A stretch of 64,000 nucleotides of DNA from NCBI GenBank assembly GCA_030264375.1, contig JASCQW010000072.1, forward strand, positions 46,843,476 to 46,907,475, read 5' to 3'. Position numbers and translations under genes: made by a program. Shown here one piece after another: positions 39,441 through 52,130 of the stretch. Under the pieces are notes generated by a model. The model made no database searches. It was not told the origin of the DNA and saw nothing but the letters and a program-made list of their open reading frames with translations. Position 1 is the stretch's first letter. Each line of letters starts with the position of its first letter. This DNA comes from Carcharhinus longimanus (Eukaryota).

Positions 39441-39646
39441 GGGCTGGATTTACCACACAACCTTCTATGGTTTTCATAGAGGCGGGCGGTGGTTCTCCAT
39501 TGGTCAGCAGTGGGATATTCTGGTACCTGTTATCAATGGAGTTTCCTGGTGAATGCACCCCTTGATGCCATGGAATCCATGGTGGGGGTACACCATCAGC
39601 TAAACCAGAAGATCCCACCAGTGTGAACAGCCGAAAAGTTCCAGCC
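39441..39646. mobile_element. Harbinger-type MITE, TSD ATT
   Basis: ATT|GGGCTGGATTT ... AAGTTCCAGCC|ATT; related MITEs near 24270, 32483, 38635, 53578, 60005. Confidence 0.75.
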
Positions 39647-39819
39647 ATTGGCTTTCATATTTTTTTCCTCCATCAATCCACCTCCAAATTGCCATCTCTC
39701 ACTTACTTACAACTGGACCTTTCCAATCTTGAAGCACGATTACATTATCTCTAAACGCAAGGACATCTCTGAGTGTTGTGATGGTGTCCTTAGTGGCCTC
39801 TGGCAGTGGCCACACCACT

Positions 39820-40180
39820 GGCATCAGAGAATTTAGGAGCAGAGGAAGAGCTGAGAAAGAAGCGCTGTAATATGATTGCACTCTTACAGTCACCAGACCA
39901 GATACTGGCATTAAGCATACCTCAGAGGATTAGAGAGTGTTTGGATCAGCCCGGGATGCATTCCCAGGCTCAAATGGGCTGCAGTCAGGCCCGAGGTAAA
40001 GACTATGGGTTTCCTTACCAGGTGACAAGGTCACCAGGTGACTTCAGGATCAAGTGAGGATTTCAGTGGGTTAATATACAGGAACTGGATGATACACATG
40101 GAAATGTCTGGTCCATTGATGTACTCGCCAAAAAGCCTCTTATTTTTGTCGAGGAGCATAGAGGAGTCCAATGTCACAAT
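39820..40180 (+). pseudogene. Harbinger Myb partner gene exon 3 relic
   Basis: FGSARDAFPGSNGLQ; EDFSGLIYRNWMIHMEMSGPL..PKSLLFLSRSIEES aligns with 63360-63460. Confidence 0.55.
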
Positions 40181-40566
40181 CCACCCACTCTGCGTGTTTC
40201 TGAGGTTCTCCTCAGCCTGATGATGAACACAGCCTATGTAGATAGGAGCAATCCCGTTGGTTTTCCCTTGTCATTGGTGCTCTGGAGACACATTTTGCAG
40301 ACAATATATTTTCAGTGAAATGGAATATGACTGGAGAAGCAAATGCAAACCTGAAGATCAAAAATGCCACTGATGATTCAGCATTTTGCAGTGCGCTGAT
40401 CAACTAGCTCATCTGGAACATTGCAATCAGCATTGAAAACACTTTCTTCTTTGGAAGATTGAGTCAGTTTTCCGACTGTCAATTTAAAGTTTGACAGCAA
40501 GAATCAGCATTCTTTGAATTGACTTCAAACTCTTATGAAAAAAAGCAATATTCCGGCAGGACCATC

Positions 40567-40723
40567 TCCAGAGATGTACAGGTTAGTTTGATTGGCCATG
40601 ATACATTGACCCTCATGTCAGGGGATTAGCAAGGTAAATATGCGGGGTTACGAGGATAAGGACTGGGATCAGTGCAGACTTGATGGGCCGAATGGCCTCC
40701 TTCTGCACTGGAGGGATTCTATG
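40567..40723 (+). mobile_element. HE1 SINE 3' half
   Basis: Tail motifs. Confidence 0.85.
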
Positions 40724-40734
40724 GGGGTGGGGGA

Positions 40735-41448
40735 GCAGTGATTCTCCAAAAAGTGCAGAATTGGCAGGAAAACTGTTCTAAATCCCAACTGTTCTGTCAG
40801 TTCAGCTTCTCATTTGAATCTCCACACTCTGTGCACTGAAGAGTTCCCAGCCATGAATGTCATTAAAAACCCGAGCAGGGCCTATTCGCACCGGAGTCTG
40901 ACAGTACTGGAACTCTGCCCCGAACTGTCAACCTCCCGTTTGCTGGCCAGCCTGATCACTGGTCAGTCTGGGACTCCTGCAGATCTGCCCCTCCAGGCCC
41001 CCCCACGGCCCAATTGTGGCCCCCACAACAATTCCTGGGCTAGCCCTGACACCGCCCAGCCCTGAAGCACCACGATGTGCTGCTCACCCCTCCACCCTCC
41101 CCAGGATTGACAATCGCCCTGGCAGATCCCTCCTCCCCAGTGATCCACCCCCCACAGTGTCAGAGTCCCTGGAGGCAGGCTCCCCCTTGGCTGACCATAC
41201 CCCACCTCTCCAGCCCATCCCAATCGCTGTCCTCCCTCCACCCCCGACCGACCCTGTCTGCAGAGTGGCAGTGGGAGCCCCCCAACCCCACTGATCATAT
41301 CTAGGCCCTGACCACAGTAGGCTCTGCCCCCAAGCACCACTCAATGCCTGCTGAGCAGTCCCAAGGTGCCCCCTGGGTGTGGGCGCTTTGCCCCTTGGGC
41401 AATGCCAGGGGCACAGGCTGGCACTGCCAGAGTGCCCATGCCCAGGGG
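40735..41448. mobile_element. GC-rich non-autonomous TIR element, inverse of 57225-58323, running into a gap
   Basis: GATTCTCC end; TGGGCAATGCCAGGG / GGCACTGCCAG motifs shared. Confidence 0.65.
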
Positions 41449-42954
41449 NNNNNNNNNNNNNNNNNNNNNNNNNNNNNNNNNNNNNNNNNNNNNNNNNNNN
41501 NNNNNNNNNNNNNNNNNNNNNNNNNNNNNNNNNNNNNNNNNNNNNNNNNNNNNNNNNNNNNNNNNNNNNNNNNNNNNNNNNNNNNNNNNNNNNNNNNNNN
41601 NNNNNNNNNNNNNNNNNNNNNNNNNNNNNNNNNNNNNNNNNNNNNNNNNNNNNNNNNNNNNNNNNNNNNNNNNNNNNNNNNNNNNNNNNNNNNNNNNNNN
41701 NNNNNNNNNNNNNNNNNNNNNNNNNNNNNNNNNNNNNNNNNNNNNNNNNNNNNNNNNNNNNNNNNNNNNNNNNNNNNNNNNNNNNNNNNNNNNNNNGATG
41801 TGGCGGCGCGGGCTTGTTGGGCCGAAGGGCCTGTTTCCCGTGCTGGGTTGTTCTTTGTTCTTTGTTTGTTAATCGCGGCCTATGATTTTATGATTCCAAC
41901 AATGTTCACTGAATACAAATACTTTGGCTATCTGGTTGTAAATAGCATGAAGCAGGATGTGATGCATGTTGTGCACAGTGCCAGGAGCAGATTAAGGCTC
42001 AATTGGATAATCCACACAAGAGCTTGAGGTTCATGGTACATGATTATCCATCACCCAATTAAGTGCAGCCAAACAGTGTACAATTCCAGGATTATAATTG
42101 ACAGCCTAGAGCTGAAAACACTGTTGTGTGGTGTGACAGATTTAAAAAATTATTTGTTTATGGAATTTGGACATCGCTGCTACGCATTTATTGCCCATTC
42201 GTAACTGCCCTTGAGAAGATGGTGGGGAGCTGTCTTCTTGAACTGCTGCAGTCCCTGAGGTACACCCACAGTGCTGTTACGAAGGGAGCTCGAGGATTGT
42301 GATCCAGCAACAATGAAAGGACAGCAATATATTTCAGGATGGTGTATGGTTTGGAAGGGGGCTTTCAGGTGGTGATGTTCCCATGTGGCTGCTGCCCTAT
42401 TCCTTCCAGAATGCAGTTAATTTGGAAGATGTCATCAAAAGAACTTTGTAGGTGGCAAACAAGGCTGCCACTGTGCATTAGTGGTGGAGGGAATGAATGT
42501 TTAAGATGGTGGATGGGTGCCAATCAAATGGGCTGCTTTGTCCTGGATGGTGTTGAGCTTCTTGGAGCTGTATTTATCCAGGAAAGTGGAGAGTATTCCA
42601 TAACAGTCCTGACTTGTGCTTTTTACAAGCTGGACAGGTTTTGTGAAGTCAGGAGGTGAGTAACTTTCTGCAGAATTCCCAGAGTCTGACCTGCCCTTGT
42701 AGCCACAGTATTTATATGGCTGGTGCAGTTCAGTTTCTGGTCAACGGCAACCCTCAACGTGTGATAGAGGAGGATTCAGCAATAGTAATATTATTGAATG
42801 TCAAGAGGAGATGATTACCTTCTCTCTTGTTGGAGATGGTCATTTCCTGGCATTNNNNNNNNNNNNNNNNNNNNNNNNNNNNNNNNNNNNNNNNNNNNNN
42901 NNNNNNNNNNNNNNNNNNNNNNNNNNNNNNNNNNNNNNNNNNNNNNNNNNNNNN

Positions 42955-43186
42955 GGTGGTGAATCTCTGGAATTCTCTGCCCGTTGAAGTGGTGGAGGCT
43001 GCCTCGCTAAATATTTTTAAGATGCGGGTTGGTGGGTTTTTGATAAGCGAGGGGATTAAGGGTTATGGGGAGAGGGCGGGGAGTGTGGAACTGAGACACG
43101 ACAGATCAGCCATGGTCTTATTGAATGGCGGGGCAGGCTCAAAGGGCTGGATGGCCTACTCCTGCTCCTATTTCTTATGTTCTTAT
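42955..43186 (+). mobile_element. Young CR1 3' end
   Basis: VVNLWNSLP..GIKGYG; TTCTTATG tail. Confidence 0.9.
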
Positions 43187-43343
43187 TTCCCAATATACAG
43201 ATTATAGCAAAGTGATGAGTTATATGGCATTCTGGACATATGTTTATACATGCGCATCACAAAATAGCCTCTAAAACCTATAACAATATAACAGGGGCTG
43301 AAATTGTGTACACAACATTTGATGACTTTCAGAAAAGTTTGAA

Positions 43344-43535
43344 ATGGCAAAAAAGTAAGAGAACAGATCCTCAGCTTTTCAGATGCTGAGCTTCAGTCAT
43401 TGGTGTAGGATGTTGACCAGAAAAGAGATCTATTTTTCCAGGAGGCGAGGAGACCTTGTAGATGAGCTGTCAGCAGGTAATAACAGCAGGTAGCTATGCA
43501 CTGTTACTATAGCCCCCATGTCTGGTGTAGTCAGA
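43344..43535 (+). pseudogene. Harbinger Myb/SANT exon 1 relic
   Basis: FSDAELQSLV*DVDQKRDLFFQEARRP...QQVA. Confidence 0.75.
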
Positions 43536-44223
43536 GGCCGTCCAGTAACAACAAATAGCTTCCGAATGTCTAGCACCATTCCTTGCAAACATTAGTAACT
43601 TCAATGATTCAACGATTTTCCCAACTCAATCCTGTTACAGATTACACAAGAGCCAGTAGATAATAATAATCAAATGACCTGCGGGTTGGAGAGATCCCTT
43701 CAAGCAGAGCTGGTTAGAAGGACTGGGTAGTTCCTGTTGTACCTGAGTGCACATGCTGCTGGTATGTTTACTACAGGATGTTATCTGAGACTGCAAGATC
43801 GAAAATGGAAGGTCATTTATCAAATCAGCATTAGATATGGGCTGCTGTCACAACCTGCCCACTCAACATACCTCCTGTGTGCGTCACAGCATGGCAATCA
43901 CATGGGCCATATCAGGAATGCTGGGGAGTGTCTCCTCCACCCCACTATTTCTCATCTCAAGTGGTACCCACTACCCCAAAACTACTGGCGTGACAGAACT
44001 GAGCACTGGGACCATTGCCTTGGCATTAATTTTTCATTTGTCATTCATACCAAGGCAAGAGCTACATCTTGCCTTCAAACAACTGCAAAACCTCAAACCC
44101 CTTACTTCTTGCCTTCAAACAACNNNNNNNNNNNNNNNNNNNNNNNNNNNNNNNNNNNNNNNNNNNNNNNNNNNNNNNNNNNNNNNNNNNNNNNNNNNNN
44201 NNNNNNNNNNNNNNNNNNNNNNN

Positions 44224-44365
44224 ATCCGCATGAAACCCACGCAGACATGGGGAGAACGTGCAGACTCCACACAGACAGAAACCCAAGGCGGGAACCGACC
44301 CCGGGTCCCTGGCGCTGTGATGCCGTGAGGCAGCAGTGCTAACCACTGTGCCACTGTGTCACCCA
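44224..44365 (-). mobile_element. SINE head, rest in gap
   Basis: A/B boxes and V-domain start. Confidence 0.85.
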
Positions 44366-44449
44366 CTGAGCATGTGCGTAAGGGGCTATGTCGTTACAAT
44401 GTTGCTCAGAGAGAGATGAGTGTGACAATCTATATTTCTGGCCTCAAAT

Positions 44450-44870
44450 TCATAATGTGACACAGCCAGTATGTGCCATCCTTTGAGCTATGTTCATGAA
44501 AGTACTCTTCAGGAAAGATTTTTGCCTCTGACCCAGATAGTGTAGGCCACAGGATATCTTCTGAGATGACCCAGCAATAACAGAGTGATTGTCGAGTTGA
44601 GTGAGTGTCTTTGAATTGGGAATTGTACTCATTGGCAGACTGAGAATATTGACACTCAATGTAGTTGACTTTGAACAGCTGGTGGGATAGGCAGACCCTT
44701 TATATTATCCCTTAGCCATGATACAAAGTGAGAAGTCTCAGGGTGAAGGACAGTAACTAATGCTGATGTCATGAGGCAGTTGTGCTGTTTTGGCAGGCCC
44801 GTGTCATGGGGCTGCTAATCAACTCCATTTGTTGTTCAAGTGAAATGTTTTAAACAGCTGTGGAATCTTT
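44450..44870 (-). mobile_element. Possible very decayed Harbinger transposase
   Basis: Faint FHS, EYN and C.TL motifs; convergent with the Myb relic at 43344. Confidence 0.3.
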
Positions 44871-45184
44871 GACGCCTGTCCCAGGCATTAGGTGCACAGC
44901 CCTTGTGAATGCAAGCTACAAACTCACTAATGGTTTAGGATTCTGGCTGATTCATCCATGCAAACTAACACAGCTGTAATCATCCTCTGACTGTCCGGAA
45001 ACACTTGAAATTGTTCCGGCTACAGCCGCTGTCATTCCAGTTCAAAGCTGGACATTGACACTGATGATCCCTGAACGAGTCAACAAACTTTTCATCAATC
45101 TGAAACTCATACCCAAACTCATAATGTGACGCAGTCTGCATGTGTCACCAGCAGACAAAGCACAGACTTACTCTCGCCTTGTGT

Positions 45185-45617
45185 AGGCAGTTTGGCACAG
45201 TTAGGAACATCCTTACCTCTGAGTCAGACGGCAATGAGTTCAAGCCCCAGTTCCATTCTAGCACTTAATCTAAACTGACACTCCAGTACAGAATCAGAGG
45301 AATGATGTGCTGATAGAATTGCCCTCTCTCCAGATAAGCTGTTCAGCTGAGGCCCTGCTCAGATGGATATTAATGATCCCATGGCACAACTTCAGAGGAG
45401 AGTAAGGAGCTGGCGTGCTTAACATCTCTCCCTCAGCTAACATCCCCTCTGCTCCCAAAACAGGCTGACTGGTAATTCATCTCATTCTTGTTTGTAGAAT
45501 CTCCTGTGTGACGGAATGGCTGCCGTATCTACTTATTTAACATCAACAGTTGATATGAAACACTTTGTGATGTTTCTTAGACCCACAGTAAGATGTGATC
45601 TAAATGTAGCTTTCTTG
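45185..45617 (+). mobile_element. SacSINE1-like Deu-SINE (tRNA head, Deu domain, L2-type tail)
   Basis: CTCTGAGTCAGA..GTTCAAGCCCCA head; GATCCCATGGCAC; ATCTCCTGTGTG..AATGGCTGCCG Deu core; AAACACTTTGTGATG..TAAATGTAG tail. Confidence 0.7.
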
Positions 45618-45917
45618 TACTCTAATGAGAAGGCAAATTTGGATTTGGCCAGTTAGGGCTAATGCGATACAAACTCTTAAATATTTCAGTCTCATTCTTG
45701 GTGAGTGAAAGGCTACCCGTGTGTTCCCATACATGCACAGACTATTCTACTTTACCTGACTACAAGTACAGTCAGTGTCGTGTAGTGTGGCTGCCCACAT
45801 CGCTCTGAACCAATAGCTTTGTCAAGTTCCTACCTGTGTTGTGAAAACAGCTTTTATTAAAGTCTCTCAGTGTATGATTCATTTGGTTAATATTCCAAAA
45901 CTATCCAATCAGTAAAA

Positions 45918-46548
45918 CACTGCGGCACTTTGATTAGCAATACTGCCTCACAACACCAGGGGCCCAGGTTCAATTCCAGCCTCGGATCACTGTCTGTGTG
46001 GAGTTTGCACTTTCTTCCCATGCCTGCCTGGGTTTCCTCCAGGTGCTCCAATTTCCTCCCACAGTCCAAAGATGTGGGGGTTAAGTTGTTTGGCCGTGCT
46101 AAATTATAGAATAGAATAGAATAGAATTCCTACAGTGCAGAAGGAGGCCATTCAGCTCATTGAGCTTGCACCGACAATAATCCCACCCGGTCCCTATCCT
46201 TAATCCCCTGACCCTAAGGGGCAATTTAGCATAGCCAATTCACCGAGCCTGCATATCTTTTGGACTGTGGGAGGAAACCAGAGCACCTGAGGAAACCCAC
46301 ACAGACACGGGGAGAACATGCAAACTCCACATAGACAGTGACCAAGGCTGGAATTGCACCCAGGTCCCTGATGCTGGGAGACGGCAGTGATGACCACTAT
46401 GCTACCATGCTGCCCCAAATTCACCCTAGTATCAGAGGAATTAGCAGGGAATAGGATTACAGGAATAGGGCCTGGGTGGGATTGTGGTCAGTACAGACTC
46501 GATGGGCCAAATGGCCTCCTTCTGCAAAGTGGTGATTCAATGATTCTA
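45918..46548 (+). mobile_element. HE1 SINE interrupted by an antisense HE1 SINE (46106-46416, TSD AAATT)
   Basis: AAATT at 46101-46105 and 46417-46421; the outer halves rejoin as GCTAAATTCACCCTAGT. Confidence 0.9.
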
Positions 46549-46799
46549 CAAAGAAGATAATTAATTTACTTTAGGATTAACTGGCCTGTTCCACATGTTG
46601 GCCTGCAATCTATCTTTGGTGCCTCGCTAATTTTGGACTCTTGCACTTCTCCAATTTTAATTACTCTGCCATTGACAGTCATGCCTTGAGCTGCCTAGGC
46701 CTGATTCTTTGGAATGACCCCTTCAATCTTCCAGCTTCTTTCTCCTCCTTTGTGACCAAGAATTTGGTCATGTATCTTGATATCTCCTTATGTGAAAAA

Positions 46800-47850
46800 A
46801 TAATCAGTTTTGTATCATCTTACCAGCTCACCTTGAATCCCATATCACTTCACCTTCTGTGCAAGCCTGCCATGAGGGAGGGCCCTTGTCAAAGGCTTTA
46901 CTAAGGTCCATATATGCAACATCCATTGCCCTGCCCTGGTCATTTTTTCTTGTCACTTCCTCAAAGCAGTCAATCAAGTTTGTGAGACATGACCTCTCCT
47001 TCACAAAGCCATTCTGCCTATCACTAATAAGCCTATTTTTTTTCTAGATGTGAGTACATCCTTTCCCTAAGAATTTTTTCCACTAATTTTCCCATCATTG
47101 ATGTAAGGCTCACAGGCTGGTAACTTCCTAGATTGTCTCTTCTGCCCTTCTTAAGCAGAGGAACAATGTCAGCTATTCCCAAATCCTCTAGTACATTGCT
47201 CATGGCTAAAGGGGATGTAAAGATTTTGGCCAAGGCCTCAGCAATTTCTTCCTGTGTCTCTCTTAGTATCCTGGATAGACCCTATCTGCTCTGAGTACTT
47301 TTCCACCTTAATGTTTTTCAAAACATCCACTACCTCCTGCCTTTTTTATCTCAATATGTCCTAAAATGTCAACATCCTCTTTCTACATTCACTATCCACC
47401 ACTTCCTTCTCCTTTGTCAATACTGATGCAAAGTATTCATTAAGGACCTCACCCACCTGATCTGGTTCCACACACAAATTCCCTCCACTGTTCGTGAGTG
47501 GACTTACCCTTTCCTTATATGCCTCCTCATATATGCATAAAAAGCCTGGGATTCTCCTTAATTCTGCCTGCCAACTTCATGGCCTCTTTTTGCCCTCCGA
47601 AGTCCCTGTTTGAGCTCTTCCCTGCTATCTTTATATTCCTCAAGAGCCTTATCTGTTTTCAATTTCTTGAAATTTATGTATGCCTCCTTCTTCTTTTTCG
47701 CTAAACTCACAATCTCTCTTGTCGTCCAGGGTTCCCGAATCTTCCCGAATCTTGCCATCTTGATCCTTCATTTTTGCAGGGACATACTTATCCTGAATTG
47801 TTAATAATTAACTTTTAGAAGACTCCCACATATTGGATGTGGATTTACCC
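46800..47850 (-). mobile_element. CR1 ORF2 middle fragment
   Basis: EPWTTREIVSLAKKKKEAY, IADIVPLLKKGRRDNLGSYQPVSLTS. Confidence 0.9.
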
Positions 47851-48124
47851 TCAACCAGCAGCCCTCCTCCCCCAGTTATTTTCCCTATCTCCTGCCTCCT
47901 ACTGTTGTATTACAATAGTAATAGTCAGTATTAGTACCTCAGTACCTTGGTCCCACAAGCTCTAGAAATCCTTACCTGAAATTCTTCAACTCTCTACCTC
48001 TCTGACAACTCTGATCAAGGATATGTTTGTGTGTCCTAACAACTCTTTATATGGCTCAGTGTTAATTCTTTGCTTGATAATGCTCCTGTTAAGCATCTTG
48101 GGATGGCACCATATAAATGGTCAT

Positions 48125-48580
48125 GGGCATTGAGCCTCTGATCTTCGGGTAAGTGTTCTCCAAGGTGGTCTTCACGACACATGACAACACAGAATCGCTG
48201 AGCAGAAACTGATAGCCAAGTTCCACGTGCATGATGATGGCCTCAACTGGAATCTTGGGTTCACGTCACACTATCTGTAACCCCCACGACTTGTCTGGGT
48301 TTGAAAAATCTCGCTAATTGTCCTGGCTGGAGAAAATATACGCCTCTTCAATCTGTGCTTGGCCCTCTCTCCACTCACATTGTCTGTGCCTTTAAGACTT
48401 GATTATCTGTAAAGACTCGCATTCCAACCATTATCTTGTAAATTGAGTTTGTGTCTTTCTATGCCCTGTTTGTGAATAGAACTCCACTCACCTGATGAAG
48501 GAGCAGCACTCTGAAAGCTTGTGGCTTGTGCTACCAAATAAACCCGTTGGACTTTAATCTGGTGTTGTGAAACTTCGTAC
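48125..48580 (+). mobile_element. Penelope-like element 3' end (GIY-YIG C-terminus plus pLTR)
   Basis: IAEQKLIAKFHVHDDGLNWNLGFTSHY; pLTR with AATAAA. Confidence 0.85.
48486..48524 (+). ncRNA. Minimal type-I hammerhead ribozyme motif
   Basis: CTGATGA, stem GGAG/CTCT, GAAA, palindromic AAGCTT, as typical of Penelope pLTRs. Confidence 0.7.
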
Positions 48581-48720
48581 AGGTTGTTATGGCCAACTGC
48601 TGTCATCTGACTGCTAATAAATCGTGCCATCTTGCAGTTATTCATTAACTTGTCCTACTTAAAATCTAATATTGTTTCCTTAATGTTAGTGCAACCAGAG
48701 CCATGTGTTTGCCCAGATTA

Positions 48721-48873
48721 GGAAATCAAACAGGTCAGCATCTTTCCCGCTCTGCAAGCTCAGGTGGACTTGGCAGATAAAGTTGTTTCATAGTGAGCGA
48801 CTATGAAACAACTTTATCTACCAAGTCCACCTGAGCTTGCAGAGAGGGGGAGGTGCTGACCTGTTTGATTTCC
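48721..48873. mobile_element. Palindromic MITE (74-bp arms, 5-nt loop), TSD TTA
   Basis: Arms 48721-48794 and 48800-48873 match at 69 of 74; TTA at 48718-48720 and 48874-48876. Confidence 0.85.
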
Positions 48874-49157
48874 TTAAGTTGTTCTTCTGAAAAAAAAAGC
48901 CAGGTGTCTGCTGCTTGTCCTGCTGCCTGGATAATTAGTGGCCAATTTTGCCATCTCACACTGGACGATTCTCTCAAATCATTATTTACTTATGCTTTTT
49001 TAAAAATTGAACAGCATCTGAACAGTTGATCTCCATTCCCCCAAATCTTGTATTGCTATTTTCCAAAACTTTCAATACAATATAAAAGACATTTTAGTGT
49101 ACTCAGATTGAAGTTGTTAATTCCCCACTTTTTTGAGTATGAATATTTACCCTGTTA

Positions 49158-49700
49158 CAGAATCATAGAGTCATAGAGCAATACAGCATGGAAACAGACC
49201 CTTCAGCCCAACCAGTCCATGCTGACCATAGTGCCCTCCCAGCTAGTGCCAATTGCCTGCGTTTGGCCCATATCCCTCTCATCCTTTCCCATCCTTGTAC
49301 TTATCCAAATGCTTTTAAAATGTTGCTATTGTACCAGCCTCAACTACTTTCTCTGGCAGCTCATTCCAAATACACATCACCTCCTGTGTGAAGAAGTTGC
49401 CTCTCGGGTCTCCTTTAAATCTCTCCTCTCTCACCTCAAACCTATGCCCTTTACTTTCAGATCCCGGTCCCCTGGGAGAAGACTATGTGTGTTCACCCTA
49501 TCTATGTCCCCCATGATTTTGTACACCTCAATAAGATCACCCCTCATGCTCCTATGTTTCAAGGAATAAAGTCCTAGTCTGGCTAACCTCTCCCTATAAC
49601 TCAGGCCACTAGTCTTGGCAACATCCTTGTAAATTTTCTTTGCATTCTTTCCAGTTCATTAATGTCTTTCCTATAACAGGGTGACCAAAACTGTGCACAA
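49158..49700 (-). mobile_element. CR1 3' fragment
   Basis: CVQFWSP-like start, RGDLIEVYKIM; (ATAGAGTC)-type tail. Confidence 0.88.
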
Positions 49701-49929
49701 TAACGGTACGCAATTATACTTGGGGAAAGAAACAGTTTGAAAAATATTGATGTTTTTCTATTGGACACTTATCTGTGTCCTCTGACTGGACCAGATGCCA
49801 AATTATACAACAATGCACTGATAAAAAATACCTGCTTTTTCAAAAATGAGATAAAATCAAATAATAGAGATAACTATTTGTGATAATTCGATAGGTTTTG
49901 TCCTGACTAAAAATTGAAACTTAAATTAT

Positions 49930-50123
49930 GTCCAAAGATGTGCAGGTTAGATAGATTGACCATGGTAAATTGCCCCTTAGTATCCAAAGATGTATAGGTT
50001 AGGGGGATTAGCAGGGTAAATGAGTAGGGTTACAGGGATAGGGTGGAATGCTCTCAGAGAGTCAGTGCAGACTTGATGGGCTGAATGACCTTCTGCTGCA
50101 CTGTAGGGATCTACAATTCTATG
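49930..50123 (+). mobile_element. HE1 SINE 3' half (another at 53025-53172)
   Basis: CCAAAGATGTGCAGGTTAG and tail. Confidence 0.8.
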
Positions 50124-50559
50124 AGCTCCGGTATTTCTCTCCACTGTTCAGCAGTTTGATGGTGATCTCTTTAATAAGAATGCTTTCTATCCAAGTGTCG
50201 AGTACTGCCCCAAGGATTTCTTGCTGAAGCTCGCATTCTGAAACTTGGCCATATCAAATCTTACTCTTCAGATGGCAGTACCCCAGGAGCCAAATTAATT
50301 AAGTAATTTTGAAGTAGCTCTTCGGGTGAATGGTCACAGTTCTGTTTATTTGGTCCGTAAAATCTAACTTTAGGAAGCAGAATGAACAGTATGAATCTGC
50401 TCATTCCCTGTATGGAATTTTTAAACATTTTGAAAGAATGAACTGGAACTTCCTGACAGTGAACCTAATTAGCAGCATTGTACACGTATATCAGAAATTG
50501 AACCAGTTTTCAAATGATCCTTCTCTTTTCTTTTCATGTTATGTGTAGTTAGAATCATA

Positions 50560-50872
50560 GGGGTGGCACAGTGGCACAGTATTTAGCTCTGTTGCCTCAC
50601 AGCGCCAGAGACCTGGGTTCAATTCCAGCCTTGGGTGACTGTATGGAGTTTGCACATTCTCCCTGTGTCTGCGTGGGTTTCCTCCGAGTGCTCCAGTTTC
50701 CTTCCACATTCCAAAAACATATAGGTTAGGTGGATTGACCATGCTAAATTATCCCTTAGTGTCAGGGGTAGCAGAGTAAATATGTGAAGTGAAAGGGATA
50801 GGGACTGGGCGGGATTGTTGTCAGTGCAGGCTCGATGGGCTGAATGGCCTCCTTATGCACTTTAGGAATTCT
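50560..50872 (+). mobile_element. HE1-type SINE
   Basis: Full copy. Confidence 0.9.
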
Positions 50873-51824
50873 TTGAATCTAGTTAGCTCGAACAGTTGCT
50901 TGAACTATGATAAATTAACTCAAGAATCTGTGGATTTTAGGTTGTCCACCATTTCAAAGTTAAATCTTCCCATAAGATCAAGAAGTGATATTAGCATTCC
51001 TCTAACATAGGCTTTGTTTTGATTAATCCTCATTTTGCTTATCTAGATTTACCACTCTGCCAGTTGCTGACTTGTGCAGTTTGCCTATTGAAATTGTACT
51101 TCATTAGTTGTAAAAGGCTTTGGTATCCTAAGGTCATGAAACTCTCTTTCTTTTTATAGCTATTGATGTCACTTTAAGTAAGCGTGCAAAACTTTTAATA
51201 TAACAGACTCTAAAGTGGGCTTTGTGGCTTCTTTGTCTTTTAACGTGCTGTGTGGCAACTCAACACTCAAAAATAGGATCTGGGATGTACATGCCAGCTT
51301 CTGATGGGAAATGCACCTCAGTAAAGGGTTTTGCACATGTGTACCCAACAACTGCAGAGCAGGTAGATCATAACGTGAATCAGTGTGCAACACTTATTTA
51401 ATCTCAGAACTGCCCATTTCAATTCCCATATTCAGATTTGGCACAGACTTGGAGGGCCAAAGAGCCTGTGTTGTACATTTCTTGGCCCTTTTTGTTTCTC
51501 TAGCCAATGCCCTGTCTTAACCTTGCACAGGCGCATTAAACAGTACAAAGAGCAGCCCCCAAACCCTGCCAGCATAATTTAAAGGCATGTGAGACTACTT
51601 ACATTTTAGTTACTAGATTACTTTTGAAATGGTTGTACAATTCTCCATGTCTTTGGAGTTTTCCTGTCTTAGGCTGAAGTGTAAATAATCTACATGGAGT
51701 GATCTGGTTGGAAAAGTACTTTTCCCTTTATTTAAACCTTTCGCTGGAACAAATTGCTCCAGGCATGGGTGGCTTGTTAAGGCTTCCATGAAGGGAGGCC
51801 ATGGGGAGCAGGACAAGCTTCTCA

Positions 51825-52130
51825 AAGTGGAGGAGAAGGAGGGGAAGAAGGAATCTTAACAGAATGCCATATCTGCTGAGGGTCTTTAGAGAGCAATTTG
51901 CTTATCTCAACTTCAGTGTTGGCCAATATCTGAGAAATCTTTACTTCATTATTTGGTCATGACAGAAATCTCTTAATGCTGCAGCCACAGCTGAAACCTC
52001 AAAGCAGGGCAAGGATATTATTGCCAGTGGCTGTCAAGGTTACTGTGGCTCTTAGCTTTTATGCAGCTGGTTCCTTCCAGAATATTGCAGAAGATATGAG
52101 CAATATCTTATAGTTCGTCACACACACTGC
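51825..52130 (+). mobile_element. Harbinger transposase N-terminal relic
   Basis: RRRRGRRNLNRMPYLLRVFREQFAYLNFS; LQPQLKPQSRARILLPVAVKVTVALSFYAAGSFQ. Confidence 0.88.
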
